Sequence record: MH791411.1
DNA length: 64,000 bases
Strand: one strand, 5' to 3'
Origin: Escherichia phage Ecwhy_1
Part shown: positions 10,252-20,370 of the stretch, piece after piece
Layout: every line of letters begins with the position of its first letter
Position numbering within the stretch: the stretch's first letter is position 1
Notes under the pieces: model-generated
Database searches by the model: none
The model's input: only the letters and a program-made list of their open reading frames with translations
What the model was told of the DNA's origin: nothing
Position numbers and translations under genes: made by a program

Positions 10252-10495
10252 GTGCTATGTTCTCCAAGCCCTTCTGAAACTTTTTATAATCTCGGTTCTT
10301 AATACTAAGAAATAAACGTTTCTTCAAATCTTCAGCATCAGTTTGGTTAAATTCATCTTCGATACTCTCCAATAAATGAATAACAGAGTTGATTGCATGA
10401 TCTGCACGATTACCAAAACTCTGTAACGTATCTTTCTCTGGTGTATAGTCAACTATACTATCAAGTAGATTCTTTTTATTGGATTTACTAGACAT
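10223..10495 (-). CDS. hypothetical small protein (90 aa)
   Basis: ORF directly downstream of helicase gene. Confidence 0.35.
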   Translation of the reverse strand: MSSKSNKKNLLDSIVDYTPEKDTLQSFGNRADHAINSVIHLLESIEDEFNQTDAEDLKKRLFLSIKNRDYKKFQKGLENIALDEKRNKGN

Positions 10496-10498
10496 TCA

Positions 10499-12019
10499 TT
10501 ATTTCCTTTGATTTAACCATTGCTTCATTGCATTTACACGATCAGTACCAATGTGAGGCTGTTGAGGCTGGGATTCAGTTTGTGTAGAAGTGATTGGATC
10601 ACTATCTGTATTTAGTGTTACGCTTTCAACACTTGATGTAGTGCTTGGTTTAGGAGCACCAGAAAGCGTATGACGCAGTGTTTGCATTGTACTTGGTGGC
10701 ATTGCCATGTTACCACCGCCTACCTTAGAGATACCACTGTGACGGAATCCTGACCCATCAGTTTCTAGTTGTTGGATTGTTGTTGCATGGTCTAAAACAC
10801 GAAGTGAATCAATATCGTAAGACATACGCAAACGTGAACCAACTGCACTACTGTTACGTGTTTTCTGGAAGTCAAACCAAAGTTCGCCAGTTTCTTTACG
10901 TGCTTCAATGTAGATAACGTTATCCGCAGTATAGATTTTAGAAATACCACCAGCAATCTGACTTTGACTTTTCTTATCTTCATCCATACCACTACGGTTA
11001 AACTGTGACGCAGTGAATACGGTCAAATCCATTTTGGTTGCTAGTGCACGCAATTCTTCAGATACAAATTTATCTTTTGTAAATGTATTAGATTTATCAT
11101 TAGGACCAAGACGATTTGATGTTAATAGGTCAAGGTAGTCCACACAAACATAATCTAATTTGACTTCCATTTTAATTTGCAATTCACGAAGATAACTTTC
11201 AATATCATCAGTGGTTGTTACGGATTCTGGTAAACGTTTAATACGCAATATACCACTATCCTTACCTTCCATTTGAACTCGTAGACCAATCTTTTCAGCT
11301 TCGTTCTTAACGTTACTTAGCTTAGATTCAGTCATCATACCATAGATACGAACGGCTACCAACTCTTCTGCTAGTTCTAGTGAAATGTATGCACCATTCA
11401 TACCAGCCTTAGCAAAGTTAACTGCTAAGTTCTGTAGTACTACTGATTTACCACCACCAGACGCTGCTGCAAAGATTTCAAGTTCACGGCGACCAAAACC
11501 ACCGAATAGTTTATAGTCAAGGGTTTCCCATCCACTCTTGAATGAACCTTGCATAGTGCTCAATGAACGAATGGTATCTTCTGGATTTTCAAAGATATCA
11601 AGACCCAACTCATTCTGTACAGATACTAACATAGCTTCACGAATGAGTTCTTCGATGCCACCATATTTTTTCTGATGTACTAATTCCATACCTTTCTCTA
11701 CTGCTAGAGCTAGAGCTTTGTGACGGCAAAACTCACTACAGGTATCCAGTACTGCCTGTTTATGAAGTTCTTGTACTTCATACTGATCATACTGATAACC
11801 ACCTTTCACTTCGATATCTTTCAGTGTAGGGGATGAACTATATTTTGCTGCATAATCATGAACGTACTGAATACTTTCATGAAATGTTTTATCAAAATAT
11901 TCTGGCTTTAGAATATTTTTACAACGTACAAATAAATCTGGATTACTGAAAACTTGGGATAGTAAGTATTGTTGTGCATTAATCCCATACTGTTTGACGT
12001 CCACTGTGCTTTGAATCAT
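10499..12019 (-). CDS. replicative DNA helicase, DnaB family (T4 gp41-like)
   Basis: 506 aa; Walker A AASGGGKS within RecA-like C-domain; adjacent to primase as in T4 (61-41). Confidence 0.85.
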   Translation of the reverse strand: MIQSTVDVKQYGINAQQYLLSQVFSNPDLFVRCKNILKPEYFDKTFHESIQYVHDYAAKYSSSPTLKDIEVKGGYQYDQYEVQELHKQAVLDTCSEFCRHKALALAVEKGMELVHQKKYGGIEELIREAMLVSVQNELGLDIFENPEDTIRSLSTMQGSFKSGWETLDYKLFGGFGRRELEIFAAASGGGKSVVLQNLAVNFAKAGMNGAYISLELAEELVAVRIYGMMTESKLSNVKNEAEKIGLRVQMEGKDSGILRIKRLPESVTTTDDIESYLRELQIKMEVKLDYVCVDYLDLLTSNRLGPNDKSNTFTKDKFVSEELRALATKMDLTVFTASQFNRSGMDEDKKSQSQIAGGISKIYTADNVIYIEARKETGELWFDFQKTRNSSAVGSRLRMSYDIDSLRVLDHATTIQQLETDGSGFRHSGISKVGGGNMAMPPSTMQTLRHTLSGAPKPSTTSSVESVTLNTDSDPITSTQTESQPQQPHIGTDRVNAMKQWLNQRK

Positions 12020-12045
12020 TTATGTTCCCTCATTTATATCCTGTG

Positions 12046-13101
12046 TTACATCCACTTATCCGTTTGTGCTTTAATATAGAAAGGCTCGTCAACTATACTA
12101 TCATGTATCAGTTGTAAACAAAATAATCTTCCAAATCTAGCACATGCTTCGTCAAAATCTTTAATGTGACGTATAGTACTTCCAACACGTACTGCCCCAA
12201 AATCTGGGAAAGAAACACTAAATCCATATTCTAGTGCTTGTTCGATTGTTTGTAATCCATCCTTATCACGGTCTGGTACGATAACAATCTTTTTACCTTT
12301 TTCTTGTGCAGCTTTAAGTACATCTATTTGTACTGCTGACAATTTAAAGTTATTTGCAGAAACACCACCCATTAGTGCTGCATCCATTGGACCTTCACAA
12401 ACTAATATAGTTTTAATTCGTTCATCTTGTAACAGATCATAATTATATAGAATATTAGTACTGACCTGATTAATAAAACGATAGGTACTTCCTGGGTCTT
12501 TAAGTTTGTGTCTAGCAGTATATCCGATAATTTTACCGTTCATAACGTATGGTATGATAAATCGGTCATACATTTTATGTTCTTTAGCTGGACTCCAATA
12601 CAATTCTAAATCTAATAGATATGGATTTCGCTCATTCACATGATTCAGAACACTAATAAATTCTTGTGGTATTTGCTCTTCTGGTAACGATGCCCATTCC
12701 CAGAATGTTTTTGAGTTCGGTGGTAATTCACGAACAGTTACACGTTGATATAGTTTAGATGCAGTAGTTTCTTGTTCTGCAAAGTCTCCACTATCAACCA
12801 TTTCTTTAATGTAAAATTTAGCTAGTTCTATTTCCTTATCCTGTGCACCAAAAGAAATGAGCAAAGACTCCATATCTTTGCTCATATATTTTCCAGGTTG
12901 CCACCCAGTTTTTAGACTACAGTTAAAACAGTTATAAGAAACAGAACCATCTGCGTTAAACATATGATTGCCGCGATTTTTAGTATCGGGGCGTGAATGA
13001 CCACGGAACACACAAGCAGGACAATTGTGATGTGTCCACATACCAATTCCTGGTACTGGGTCATTCATGATTTGTGCCATGATGTTTTGTACAGCGTTCA
13101 T
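12046..13101 (-). CDS. DNA primase (T4 gp61-like), zinc-ribbon + Toprim
   Basis: 351 aa; N-terminal Cys/His zinc motif (HHNCPACVFRGH, NCFNCS), Toprim-like VCEGPMDAALMGG and VIVPDRDKDG. Confidence 0.85.
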   Translation of the reverse strand: MNAVQNIMAQIMNDPVPGIGMWTHHNCPACVFRGHSRPDTKNRGNHMFNADGSVSYNCFNCSLKTGWQPGKYMSKDMESLLISFGAQDKEIELAKFYIKEMVDSGDFAEQETTASKLYQRVTVRELPPNSKTFWEWASLPEEQIPQEFISVLNHVNERNPYLLDLELYWSPAKEHKMYDRFIIPYVMNGKIIGYTARHKLKDPGSTYRFINQVSTNILYNYDLLQDERIKTILVCEGPMDAALMGGVSANNFKLSAVQIDVLKAAQEKGKKIVIVPDRDKDGLQTIEQALEYGFSVSFPDFGAVRVGSTIRHIKDFDEACARFGRLFCLQLIHDSIVDEPFYIKAQTDKWM

Positions 13102-13156
13102 AATTTAATCCTTGTTATTTCTCACAAATGATTATAGCACAAACACTTGTTTTGTC

Positions 13157-14134
13157 TCACCTGCGAATCAAAATTTTAGGAACTGACAGTAGTGGGTCAT
13201 AGACTTTTCTTACTGCCGCATAGTCATAAGGAACTGGAACGATCTTAGGATGAATACAAACAACCAATCGCAACCACATGTAATTACCTTTAAAATTAAA
13301 TGCTTGAATCCCATCTAACGCTTTAGGGAATCCATTTTCATCAATATCATTTTCGATATATTCTTTACCATCCAATTTAACAATAAACCATTTATAGTTT
13401 TCGTTATCAGTTGGTACGTTATTACACAAACATCCTTGTAATTGAATTCTACCAATGAATTTATCAAAGTACATTGCAATAGTACTAAGACCATCAACTA
13501 ATCCGTACTGCATTTGTGCAGGAAGGGGAGATGTTGCCATTATATCAAATTCACCAATAACGCCACGAGCGATTGGTTCATGATACAAGCGTTTGATGGT
13601 AGTCCATGCTGGGTTTTTATTAACAGATACTTCAATACTTGGCACAAACACAGGAGCAGCTTGGTCGGAAATGATCAATTCAGCAGAGGCTTCATAATCA
13701 AGACCAGTGTATAAGTACTGTGTAGGTTCAATCAAGGAACCATCCATTGTTACTTTAGTAATACTCCATCTATATTTTGAACCAGGACTAGTATCCTGAA
13801 TTACACCAGCAGGAACAATACATCCATAATATACTTTTTTACTATTACCTAATGTTTGTCTTGCTTGTCCACTTTCTGATAGCCATGATGGTTTTTGTTT
13901 ATCCAAAACTACATCGAATAATTTAGTATTGTTTCTAGCATCAAAAATCATGAATGTTAGATATTCGTTATCTTTTAGTAATGTATATTTTCCATCAGCG
14001 TTATGCACTGTGAATGATAAATTGTTATTTGCACCTCTGTATATTGTAAGTTTCTCATTGCTATATGGCATATTAAAATTGCCCAATGATACTTCTTGGT
14101 TATAAGGGTACATAAACACGCCGTGATGAGCCAT
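13157..14134 (-). CDS. hypothetical protein (~326 aa)
   Basis: Track ORF begins at a TTG far upstream; preferred start is internal ATG (MAHHGVF...) preceded by AAGGAAAA. Confidence 0.5.
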   Translation of the reverse strand: MAHHGVFMYPYNQEVSLGNFNMPYSNEKLTIYRGANNNLSFTVHNADGKYTLLKDNEYLTFMIFDARNNTKLFDVVLDKQKPSWLSESGQARQTLGNSKKVYYGCIVPAGVIQDTSPGSKYRWSITKVTMDGSLIEPTQYLYTGLDYEASAELIISDQAAPVFVPSIEVSVNKNPAWTTIKRLYHEPIARGVIGEFDIMATSPLPAQMQYGLVDGLSTIAMYFDKFIGRIQLQGCLCNNVPTDNENYKWFIVKLDGKEYIENDIDENGFPKALDGIQAFNFKGNYMWLRLVVCIHPKIVPVPYDYAAVRKVYDPLLSVPKILIRR

Positions 14135-14191
14135 AGTTTTTCCTTCCATAAATAATAGGTATAAATTTATACTAATATTTATGGAACTCAT

Positions 14192-14545
14192 ATGAATCAA
14201 TATAATACTATTCCACCATTTATCACGGTAGTTCAGTGTGATGGTAAAACTTTCATTGGTATTATCAAGATAAAAAGTAAACAGTATACTACTCTTTACT
14301 GCTTTGATGATATGGATGAACCAATGCAAGATGAATTGTTGGGTATAGCACATGATTGGTGGTGGCAAAGCAACAGGTCAATTCCAGTCTGTCTATTCTT
14401 CCAAGAAGAGATGGAGAAATTTGAACCTTACACACAGAGATTCGATACCCCTGCGGTGAATTTCGTTTGTGGTCCAGTAGTTTCTTTAAGTGATTTGCCA
14501 CAAAAACGCATCAAGCGTCGTAATGTGGCTCTTAAGAAGAAGTAA
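14192..14545 (+). CDS. hypothetical protein (117 aa), opposite-strand insertion
   Basis: Only plus-strand ORF in this region, fills a ~400 bp gap between minus-strand genes; weak RBS. Confidence 0.3.
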   Translation: MNQYNTIPPFITVVQCDGKTFIGIIKIKSKQYTTLYCFDDMDEPMQDELLGIAHDWWWQSNRSIPVCLFFQEEMEKFEPYTQRFDTPAVNFVCGPVVSLSDLPQKRIKRRNVALKKK

Positions 14546-15170
14546 GATGTTCAACTAAAGCGTTAAGTTGAACTACAATCATTAAGCTGTATGCATAAGC
14601 ATGTGGCTTTTTGAAATATCGTAACTTATTTCCTGCTTGGTCTGTGCCAATAGTACTGTAATCCCATATAGTGGATTCAACTTCACTCCATGTATTCATA
14701 CTTTGGCACTGCCTTTTTCCAGGACGAATCATTGCAATAAACATTGCAAGTTCATCAATGGATTTAGGTTTCCACACATTTAATAATGTAACATGTTTTT
14801 TAATCTGTGAAAGATGTTCAACTATTTCTGGTTCTAACAGAAGATCCCAATTAGGTTCCTGATTCATTAGTTCTTTTAAATGTGCTCTATCACGAACATA
14901 CTGGTAAGCCGATTGTGACAGGATATCTACCTTTTGATATCCCAAGCGTTCGGCTTCTTTATATTGTATGCTGGCTAAACCAGTGATAGGGTCAATTGGT
15001 ATATTATCAAAATGAACACCACTGTTATGGGGGATTAAACCATCCTCCGTAATTTTTTCTGTACTTCGCACACAAGGAAGCTGTGCAATCACTGACTTAC
15101 TATCTTTAAAGTCAATGTCGATATCTGTTCGTGCTTTACGGTACGAATTAGAATTTGTCGAATCCTGCAT
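14532..15170 (-). CDS. hypothetical protein (212 aa)
   Basis: Clean ORF; no confident motif. Confidence 0.5.
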   Translation of the reverse strand: MQDSTNSNSYRKARTDIDIDFKDSKSVIAQLPCVRSTEKITEDGLIPHNSGVHFDNIPIDPITGLASIQYKEAERLGYQKVDILSQSAYQYVRDRAHLKELMNQEPNWDLLLEPEIVEHLSQIKKHVTLLNVWKPKSIDELAMFIAMIRPGKRQCQSMNTWSEVESTIWDYSTIGTDQAGNKLRYFKKPHAYAYSLMIVVQLNALVEHLTSS

Positions 15171-15477
15171 TTTTGATTTGCTCCTGCAATTTGTTTACAG
15201 TGTTAGATAATTTGGTTACCTGATTTTCTAACATTGTACACTTTTGTTTGGTCTTTGACAACTCTTGACTTAGACCAAAGAATCTTTCCTCATGTCTTTC
15301 AACCATACTGATAATTTTTTCTACACGAACAGGATCGTGCACCTGAAAGGTTTTACCATCAAGTGTAATTTCAGTTATAGAACCCTGTCTAAGCAATGAT
15401 AAAGATTTAGATTTATCTGCTTTAGGCACAGGTACATACCCTTCTGGTATTTTATTATATATACTTTTTCCATTCAT
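15148..15477 (-). CDS. hypothetical protein (109 aa), predicted coiled-coil
   Basis: ORF with overlapping start/stop to neighbours. Confidence 0.4.
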   Translation of the reverse strand: MNGKSIYNKIPEGYVPVPKADKSKSLSLLRQGSITEITLDGKTFQVHDPVRVEKIISMVERHEERFFGLSQELSKTKQKCTMLENQVTKLSNTVNKLQEQIKNAGFDKF

Positions 15478-16184
15478 AATCCAGCCTCACGTAGCATACT
15501 TTTTATTTCATCACATTCCTTTTTGTACTTTATAGTTTTAACCTCAAAGTAACTAGGATCAATGTATTTAAGTATATACTCGATTTCAGAGTTAGAGAGA
15601 TTCTTGAAAAACTTATTAGTACTTTCTTTTGGTGCTAACCAGATAATCCAAGGTGAAATCTTACCACTCTCAATCCATGCAATTGCACGGGCAGAACTCA
15701 CATTGGAAAAAAACTTATTCCACTCCAAGTTCAGATTCTGACCCCATTCCACCATCGCAACAACACTACGGGAAACCGCAGCATTGGGAGATTCAGAACG
15801 AATACAATCTAATATCCATTCATCCTTTGCTTTATAAGTACTCCATTCCATAATAGGACGGTTTCTTACAATTAGACTTTTCACAAAACCATCAATATCT
15901 AAAATATCACGGTTGTTCAAATAATAAATTGCAAAATCATAAAAATCACTAAAGTACTTTGATTTTATAAAAGCCATTAATGGTTCAACTCCCTTCTTGA
16001 AAGGGAAATGGTTTAACTCCATGAATTGCATATAAATGCGAAAAGCCTCCCTCATGGGGCGGCTATCACGATCTTCGTAGCGGTCACGTTTAACACACTT
16101 ATGTGTGTTAACTGTGTCTTCGCGTTTAAATTCTTTATCACAGAACTTACATTTGTATACGGGACTACTTGATTTCTTTGCCAT
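15474..16184 (-). CDS. hypothetical protein with N-terminal C2H2-type zinc finger
   Basis: 236 aa; YKCKFCDKEFKREDTVNTHKC near N-terminus. Confidence 0.5.
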   Translation of the reverse strand: MAKKSSSPVYKCKFCDKEFKREDTVNTHKCVKRDRYEDRDSRPMREAFRIYMQFMELNHFPFKKGVEPLMAFIKSKYFSDFYDFAIYYLNNRDILDIDGFVKSLIVRNRPIMEWSTYKAKDEWILDCIRSESPNAAVSRSVVAMVEWGQNLNLEWNKFFSNVSSARAIAWIESGKISPWIIWLAPKESTNKFFKNLSNSEIEYILKYIDPSYFEVKTIKYKKECDEIKSMLREAGL

Positions 16185-17010
16185 ATTTCTTACATTCTTC
16201 TTTAAATAATTTCATCATTGATTTCATTTCTTTCTCTTGCAAACCTATGTCTTCAAGGAAAGACTCGAATGTTTTTTTGTTATATTGCAACAAAACAATT
16301 TTATATTCATCTTCGTTCATTTGAGTTGCGATTGAATCTGGCTGTGTACTTTTAATGAGTTCAAATAATTCATTATTAGCACGCTTAAAACTCTTGGAAA
16401 AGTTTAACCAGTTTCGTGGCAATTCCTTACCACCCAACATATCATGAACAGAACATAGTAGTTGATATACAAGTTCAGGGTGTTCTTTCATATCCCAGAA
16501 CCCATCATTAACCATATCATTCAACATAATCAACTGATAACGTACAACGTCACTGTCAACCAATGAGATGATCTGTCCACCAGCAATACTAAATTCAGTC
16601 ATTGCTGCAATCAACTTGTTAGCATCATCATTGCTTTGTACGGCAAACTTGATACGCCAATCATAGTCACTGTGACAGTACTTAGTAACTGATGTTACAT
16701 TAACACCAGTACTATTGAGTTCTTTGACAAGTTCAGTTAGTGCTTCTTTACCACCAGCTTTCCACTTACCAAATACGTTTTCCACTTTACTACTAGGGAA
16801 AGTTACTTGAAGTGAGTCATCAAGTGAACTTACCCAACGAAGTACGGTATAAGGTGTAAATTCCTTACGCTCATCTTCGGTCATGTCATTATAGTATTTG
16901 TAATCTGCACGGTCAATATGTTTTAGAAATTCAGCAATAGAAAATGTATGCTGGGTTGGTTTATCGTTTTCGTCTACTGACTTAGCTTTAATATTACTGA
17001 AATCTAACAC
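16165..17010 (-). CDS. hypothetical protein (281 aa)
   Basis: Clean ORF. Confidence 0.5.
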   Translation of the reverse strand: MLDFSNIKAKSVDENDKPTQHTFSIAEFLKHIDRADYKYYNDMTEDERKEFTPYTVLRWVSSLDDSLQVTFPSSKVENVFGKWKAGGKEALTELVKELNSTGVNVTSVTKYCHSDYDWRIKFAVQSNDDANKLIAAMTEFSIAGGQIISLVDSDVVRYQLIMLNDMVNDGFWDMKEHPELVYQLLCSVHDMLGGKELPRNWLNFSKSFKRANNELFELIKSTQPDSIATQMNEDEYKIVLLQYNKKTFESFLEDIGLQEKEMKSMMKLFKEECKKYGKEIK

Positions 17011-17012
17011 TA

Positions 17013-17510
17013 TTACACTCCTAGATACAAATCTTGAATTTTCTCGTTCTCATCTGCAAAGTAAACACAAGGTGGATTATCACCACTGTGCAGAGGAACA
17101 CATAGTAAGTTCTTCTTAGGCAGCATAGGGATCTGCCACTTAGTAGTGAGTGCGAATACACGCAGTACTTTTACAGGTTCGAACTTAGGATACATCGAAC
17201 GGATTGGATTGTAAACAAAAGCTTTAGGTTCTTTCATATTAAGAATGTTTTCAATGGTACACATCTCAACCATACCCGTCTCTTCATCACCCAACATGAT
17301 TTGCCAACCCAATGGTACTTGGATAATCTTTTCACCAATCTGCAAATCAGCACTGATACTATTAAATGATACAGTGTTCAAAATGTGGCGAAAATAAAAG
17401 TCAGAGTCACCGTTTGGACTCAAATCTAAAACACAATACATTTCTGATGGAATGTGTTCAGTTACTAAATCCATATCAAATGAATTATTTTCTGGGGTTA
17501 ATACGTTCAT
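17013..17510 (-). CDS. hypothetical protein (165 aa)
   Basis: Clean ORF. Confidence 0.45.
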   Translation of the reverse strand: MNVLTPENNSFDMDLVTEHIPSEMYCVLDLSPNGDSDFYFRHILNTVSFNSISADLQIGEKIIQVPLGWQIMLGDEETGMVEMCTIENILNMKEPKAFVYNPIRSMYPKFEPVKVLRVFALTTKWQIPMLPKKNLLCVPLHSGDNPPCVYFADENEKIQDLYLGV

Positions 17511-17519
17511 CTCATCTCC

Positions 17520-17948
17520 TTAGTACTGGGAATCTTCATCTTCATCGTAGTAATCTTCTTCATCTTCATCGGATGTACCATAGAATTCAAGACCATACGT
17601 TTCACACATTTCTTGAATCTTATCAACATCGGTATCTAAGTAAGAATCAAAATTACCACTAAGACTAACAACATCAATAAACGTTGTAGTATCAGTACTT
17701 GCATAGATGATATCATATTTTAATGATTCAACTTTCGAGTCAATTCTGGTTTGCAATTCATAGATATTAATCCATGAATTAGTGTCAATATTACATCTCC
17801 AAACATTAGTATCGTCAGTTTCTAGTTCAGGTATATAGTCAAGTGAAGATACCATGTCATCCATAATACCATCATCATTCAACAATACATCAATTACATC
17901 TAACGTTTCTTGGTCACAGATAAAAGCAATACTAGATCTTAATTCCAT
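17520..17948 (-). CDS. hypothetical acidic protein (142 aa)
   Basis: Asp/Glu-rich C-terminus. Confidence 0.45.
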   Translation of the reverse strand: MELRSSIAFICDQETLDVIDVLLNDDGIMDDMVSSLDYIPELETDDTNVWRCNIDTNSWINIYELQTRIDSKVESLKYDIIYASTDTTTFIDVVSLSGNFDSYLDTDVDKIQEMCETYGLEFYGTSDEDEEDYYDEDEDSQY

Positions 17949-18004
17949 TTTTATTTTACTTCCTTGTTGTTGTCATACGACACATTATATCATGTACAGC
18001 GGGA

Positions 18005-19489
18005 TTATCCCGCTGTATTTTCCCAATCCTTAACATCTATGATACTATGAGGATATTGTGCTTCCTTATAGTATTGTAAACGTTCACGTAAGTGTTTTGC
18101 ACTATATTTGTTTGTACCACTGATATCAAAGATTTCCACGTGGTCTTTGTCTTCTGCACGACGCAACCCACGACCAATGGACTGTATTGTACGAACGAAG
18201 CTTTTTCCTGGTTCGATTAGAACGACATTATACAAACGAGAAATACTGATACCAGTACTTGCTACCCCATAGGTTGCAATGAGTATTTTGTTATCAGCCC
18301 AGCGAATTTCACCATATGAAGATTCACGGTCTTTCTTTTTGGTTTCCCCACGAACAAATTCTGACTTAGGAATACCCAAAAATTCACAAAGCAATTCACC
18401 AGCTTCAAGTCTATCAACCAGTACTAAAGTGTTTCCAGATTCTGCTAACGCACCTATCAGTGATGCTACATATGCCATTCTATCACGGTCAGTAACTAAG
18501 TACTTCAATTCTTCTGCATATGACGCGAACTTTAAATTACTTTTAAGTTTAATACAGTTCACATTACATGTGCTTAGTATTTTTTTATCTTGTAATTCTT
18601 TAGCTGTGATTTTAAATATCACATCACCAACGTTACATTTAATCTTCGCAGCGACAACTTGGTCTTTAGGGATTGTACCAGTTAATCCCCAGCGAAGTGG
18701 GACGTTATTCATAACTTTAGAGAGTACTTGAACTAATGCATCACCACCAGCACCTTGACACTCATCGACAATCACACAAACCACACCATCAATAAAGTCA
18801 TGAACGTCTTGTTCAGTCAGTTCAATTTCACCTTTCTTTGTTTTCTTCCACAAAGAGTTGAATGACTGCCATGTAGTGATTGTGTGTTGGTGACCAAAGT
18901 CTTTCTGTGCACCATAGAACACTCCAGTGTCAAGACCACACATAACATAGTCATCATATGTTTGCTGCACCAAATCAGTACTAGGTACGATAATCACAGA
19001 ACGTCCATACTCTTGTACCTTCTTGGATAATGCCGCTGTGATGAGCGTTTTACCAGCCCCTGTAGCTGCTAATAATAAACCATGTGGGTTTGCAAGGCAA
19101 GCATTAACTGCGTTCACCTGATGCTCTCTGAGCTTGATTGACTTACCTTCCATGTGGTGTCCAGCACCAAACACAACATCACTAAAAATATCTTCATCAA
19201 TTGGTTCAAAATTGAATCCATAATTGACACGATGATCTTCAAGTTCAATATCAATTTTTGCTTCATCTAAGATTGGCAACAACTTATCCAACATGTGGTA
19301 GTAAGTACTGCCACCTAAGTTCATAAACTGTACCTTACCATCCCAACGACCAATACGACCAGCAGGGGTGAACTTAGCGTATGGAAGTACATATTCTGTT
19401 GCACGAATCATCTTCTGACGAATTGAGGGATCTAGTCCCTCAAATTTACAATTAACCTCGTCCAGTAAGGTTAGCTTACAAGTTTTCAT
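18005..19489 (-). CDS. uvsW: SF2 DNA helicase, UvsW-like
   Basis: 494 aa; Walker A ATGAGKT, DExx box VIVDECQ, motif III LTGT; next to uvsX as in T4-like recombination modules. Confidence 0.75.
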   Translation of the reverse strand: MKTCKLTLLDEVNCKFEGLDPSIRQKMIRATEYVLPYAKFTPAGRIGRWDGKVQFMNLGGSTYYHMLDKLLPILDEAKIDIELEDHRVNYGFNFEPIDEDIFSDVVFGAGHHMEGKSIKLREHQVNAVNACLANPHGLLLAATGAGKTLITAALSKKVQEYGRSVIIVPSTDLVQQTYDDYVMCGLDTGVFYGAQKDFGHQHTITTWQSFNSLWKKTKKGEIELTEQDVHDFIDGVVCVIVDECQGAGGDALVQVLSKVMNNVPLRWGLTGTIPKDQVVAAKIKCNVGDVIFKITAKELQDKKILSTCNVNCIKLKSNLKFASYAEELKYLVTDRDRMAYVASLIGALAESGNTLVLVDRLEAGELLCEFLGIPKSEFVRGETKKKDRESSYGEIRWADNKILIATYGVASTGISISRLYNVVLIEPGKSFVRTIQSIGRGLRRAEDKDHVEIFDISGTNKYSAKHLRERLQYYKEAQYPHSIIDVKDWENTAG

Positions 19490-19504
19490 CCATGAATACC
19501 TTTA

Positions 19505-20323
19505 TTAATTAGTTCGAGTATTATATTCGTACTCAAATGTATATACTAAATCTTTATCACAGTTTGGGTTACTTGCATCAAGAATATCACTGTTAGTAAT
19601 CATCCATTCAATATAGTTCAATGGAACAGTTTCCATTGGTTCGCCTTTGTGTTTACCAAATGGCATGAATTTATAACGCATTGGTGTATTACAGAATGTT
19701 ACGATTTGTTCACCAATGTCACCATTAGGGTCAATATGTCCACGTTCAATCGCAACTTCAATCAATTTGATTAGAACTTGATAACACATAAACACGTCAT
19801 CTTTTGCTGCGTGAGCATTGACTGCACGATGTACATCACGATAGCAACCAAATTTATACCACAAATAACTTAGAGTTAAGTTTTTAAATTCAGTGTCTTC
19901 TGCAAACATCTTCTTAGCTAAACGAAGGGTACAAATCCATTTATCTTCATCGAGCAAGTACTGCGAAACTGAGTTACGATATTTATATTCGTTATCTACC
20001 ATCATTCGGCGGTCAAATTGAACGTTGTGTCCAATAAAATAATTACGACACCCCATTAGTGCGTCAATGTTTTCTAAGTCATCTTTATAACCAATACAGT
20101 TTGCTACATCTTCAGTACTGATAAAATGCACAGCACTTGCTTCTGGTGGTATATCTTTTAGTGGTTTATAACGCAAAGTGTAGTTATCAATAGTATCAAT
20201 ATTCTCATGTGCATCGTGAGGATATGAAATACTAAATTCAATAATATCATCTTCACTTTCGACACCAGTTGTTTCGGTGTCTAGTACTGATACGTTTGAT
20301 AGGAACTCATCTAATTTTGTCAT
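19505..20323 (-). CDS. DEDDh 3'-5' exonuclease, DnaQ-like (DexA-like)
   Basis: 272 aa; Exo I LDTETTG, Exo II HNVQFD, Exo III H-x4-D (HAAKDD). Confidence 0.65.
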   Translation of the reverse strand: MTKLDEFLSNVSVLDTETTGVESEDDIIEFSISYPHDAHENIDTIDNYTLRYKPLKDIPPEASAVHFISTEDVANCIGYKDDLENIDALMGCRNYFIGHNVQFDRRMMVDNEYKYRNSVSQYLLDEDKWICTLRLAKKMFAEDTEFKNLTLSYLWYKFGCYRDVHRAVNAHAAKDDVFMCYQVLIKLIEVAIERGHIDPNGDIGEQIVTFCNTPMRYKFMPFGKHKGEPMETVPLNYIEWMITNSDILDASNPNCDKDLVYTFEYEYNTRTN

Positions 20324-20336
20324 TTTATTCTCGCAT

Positions 20337-20362
20337 AGAAAAAGGACGCGTAATGCGTCCTT
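20337..20362 (-). terminator. putative rho-independent terminator (AAGGACGC-gtaat-GCGTCCTT, T-run on minus strand)
   Basis: 8-bp perfect inverted repeat read by eye between ORFs 20371-20832 and 19505-20323. Confidence 0.45.
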
Positions 20363-20370
20363 ATGGATAG

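Noticed and set aside
14532-15170. Local similarity of KKPHAYAYSLMIVVQLNAL in the 212-aa ORF to a sigma-factor-like segment.
   Set aside because: The gp55-like features are much better explained by the ORF at 54012-54851; this resemblance is short and probably coincidental.
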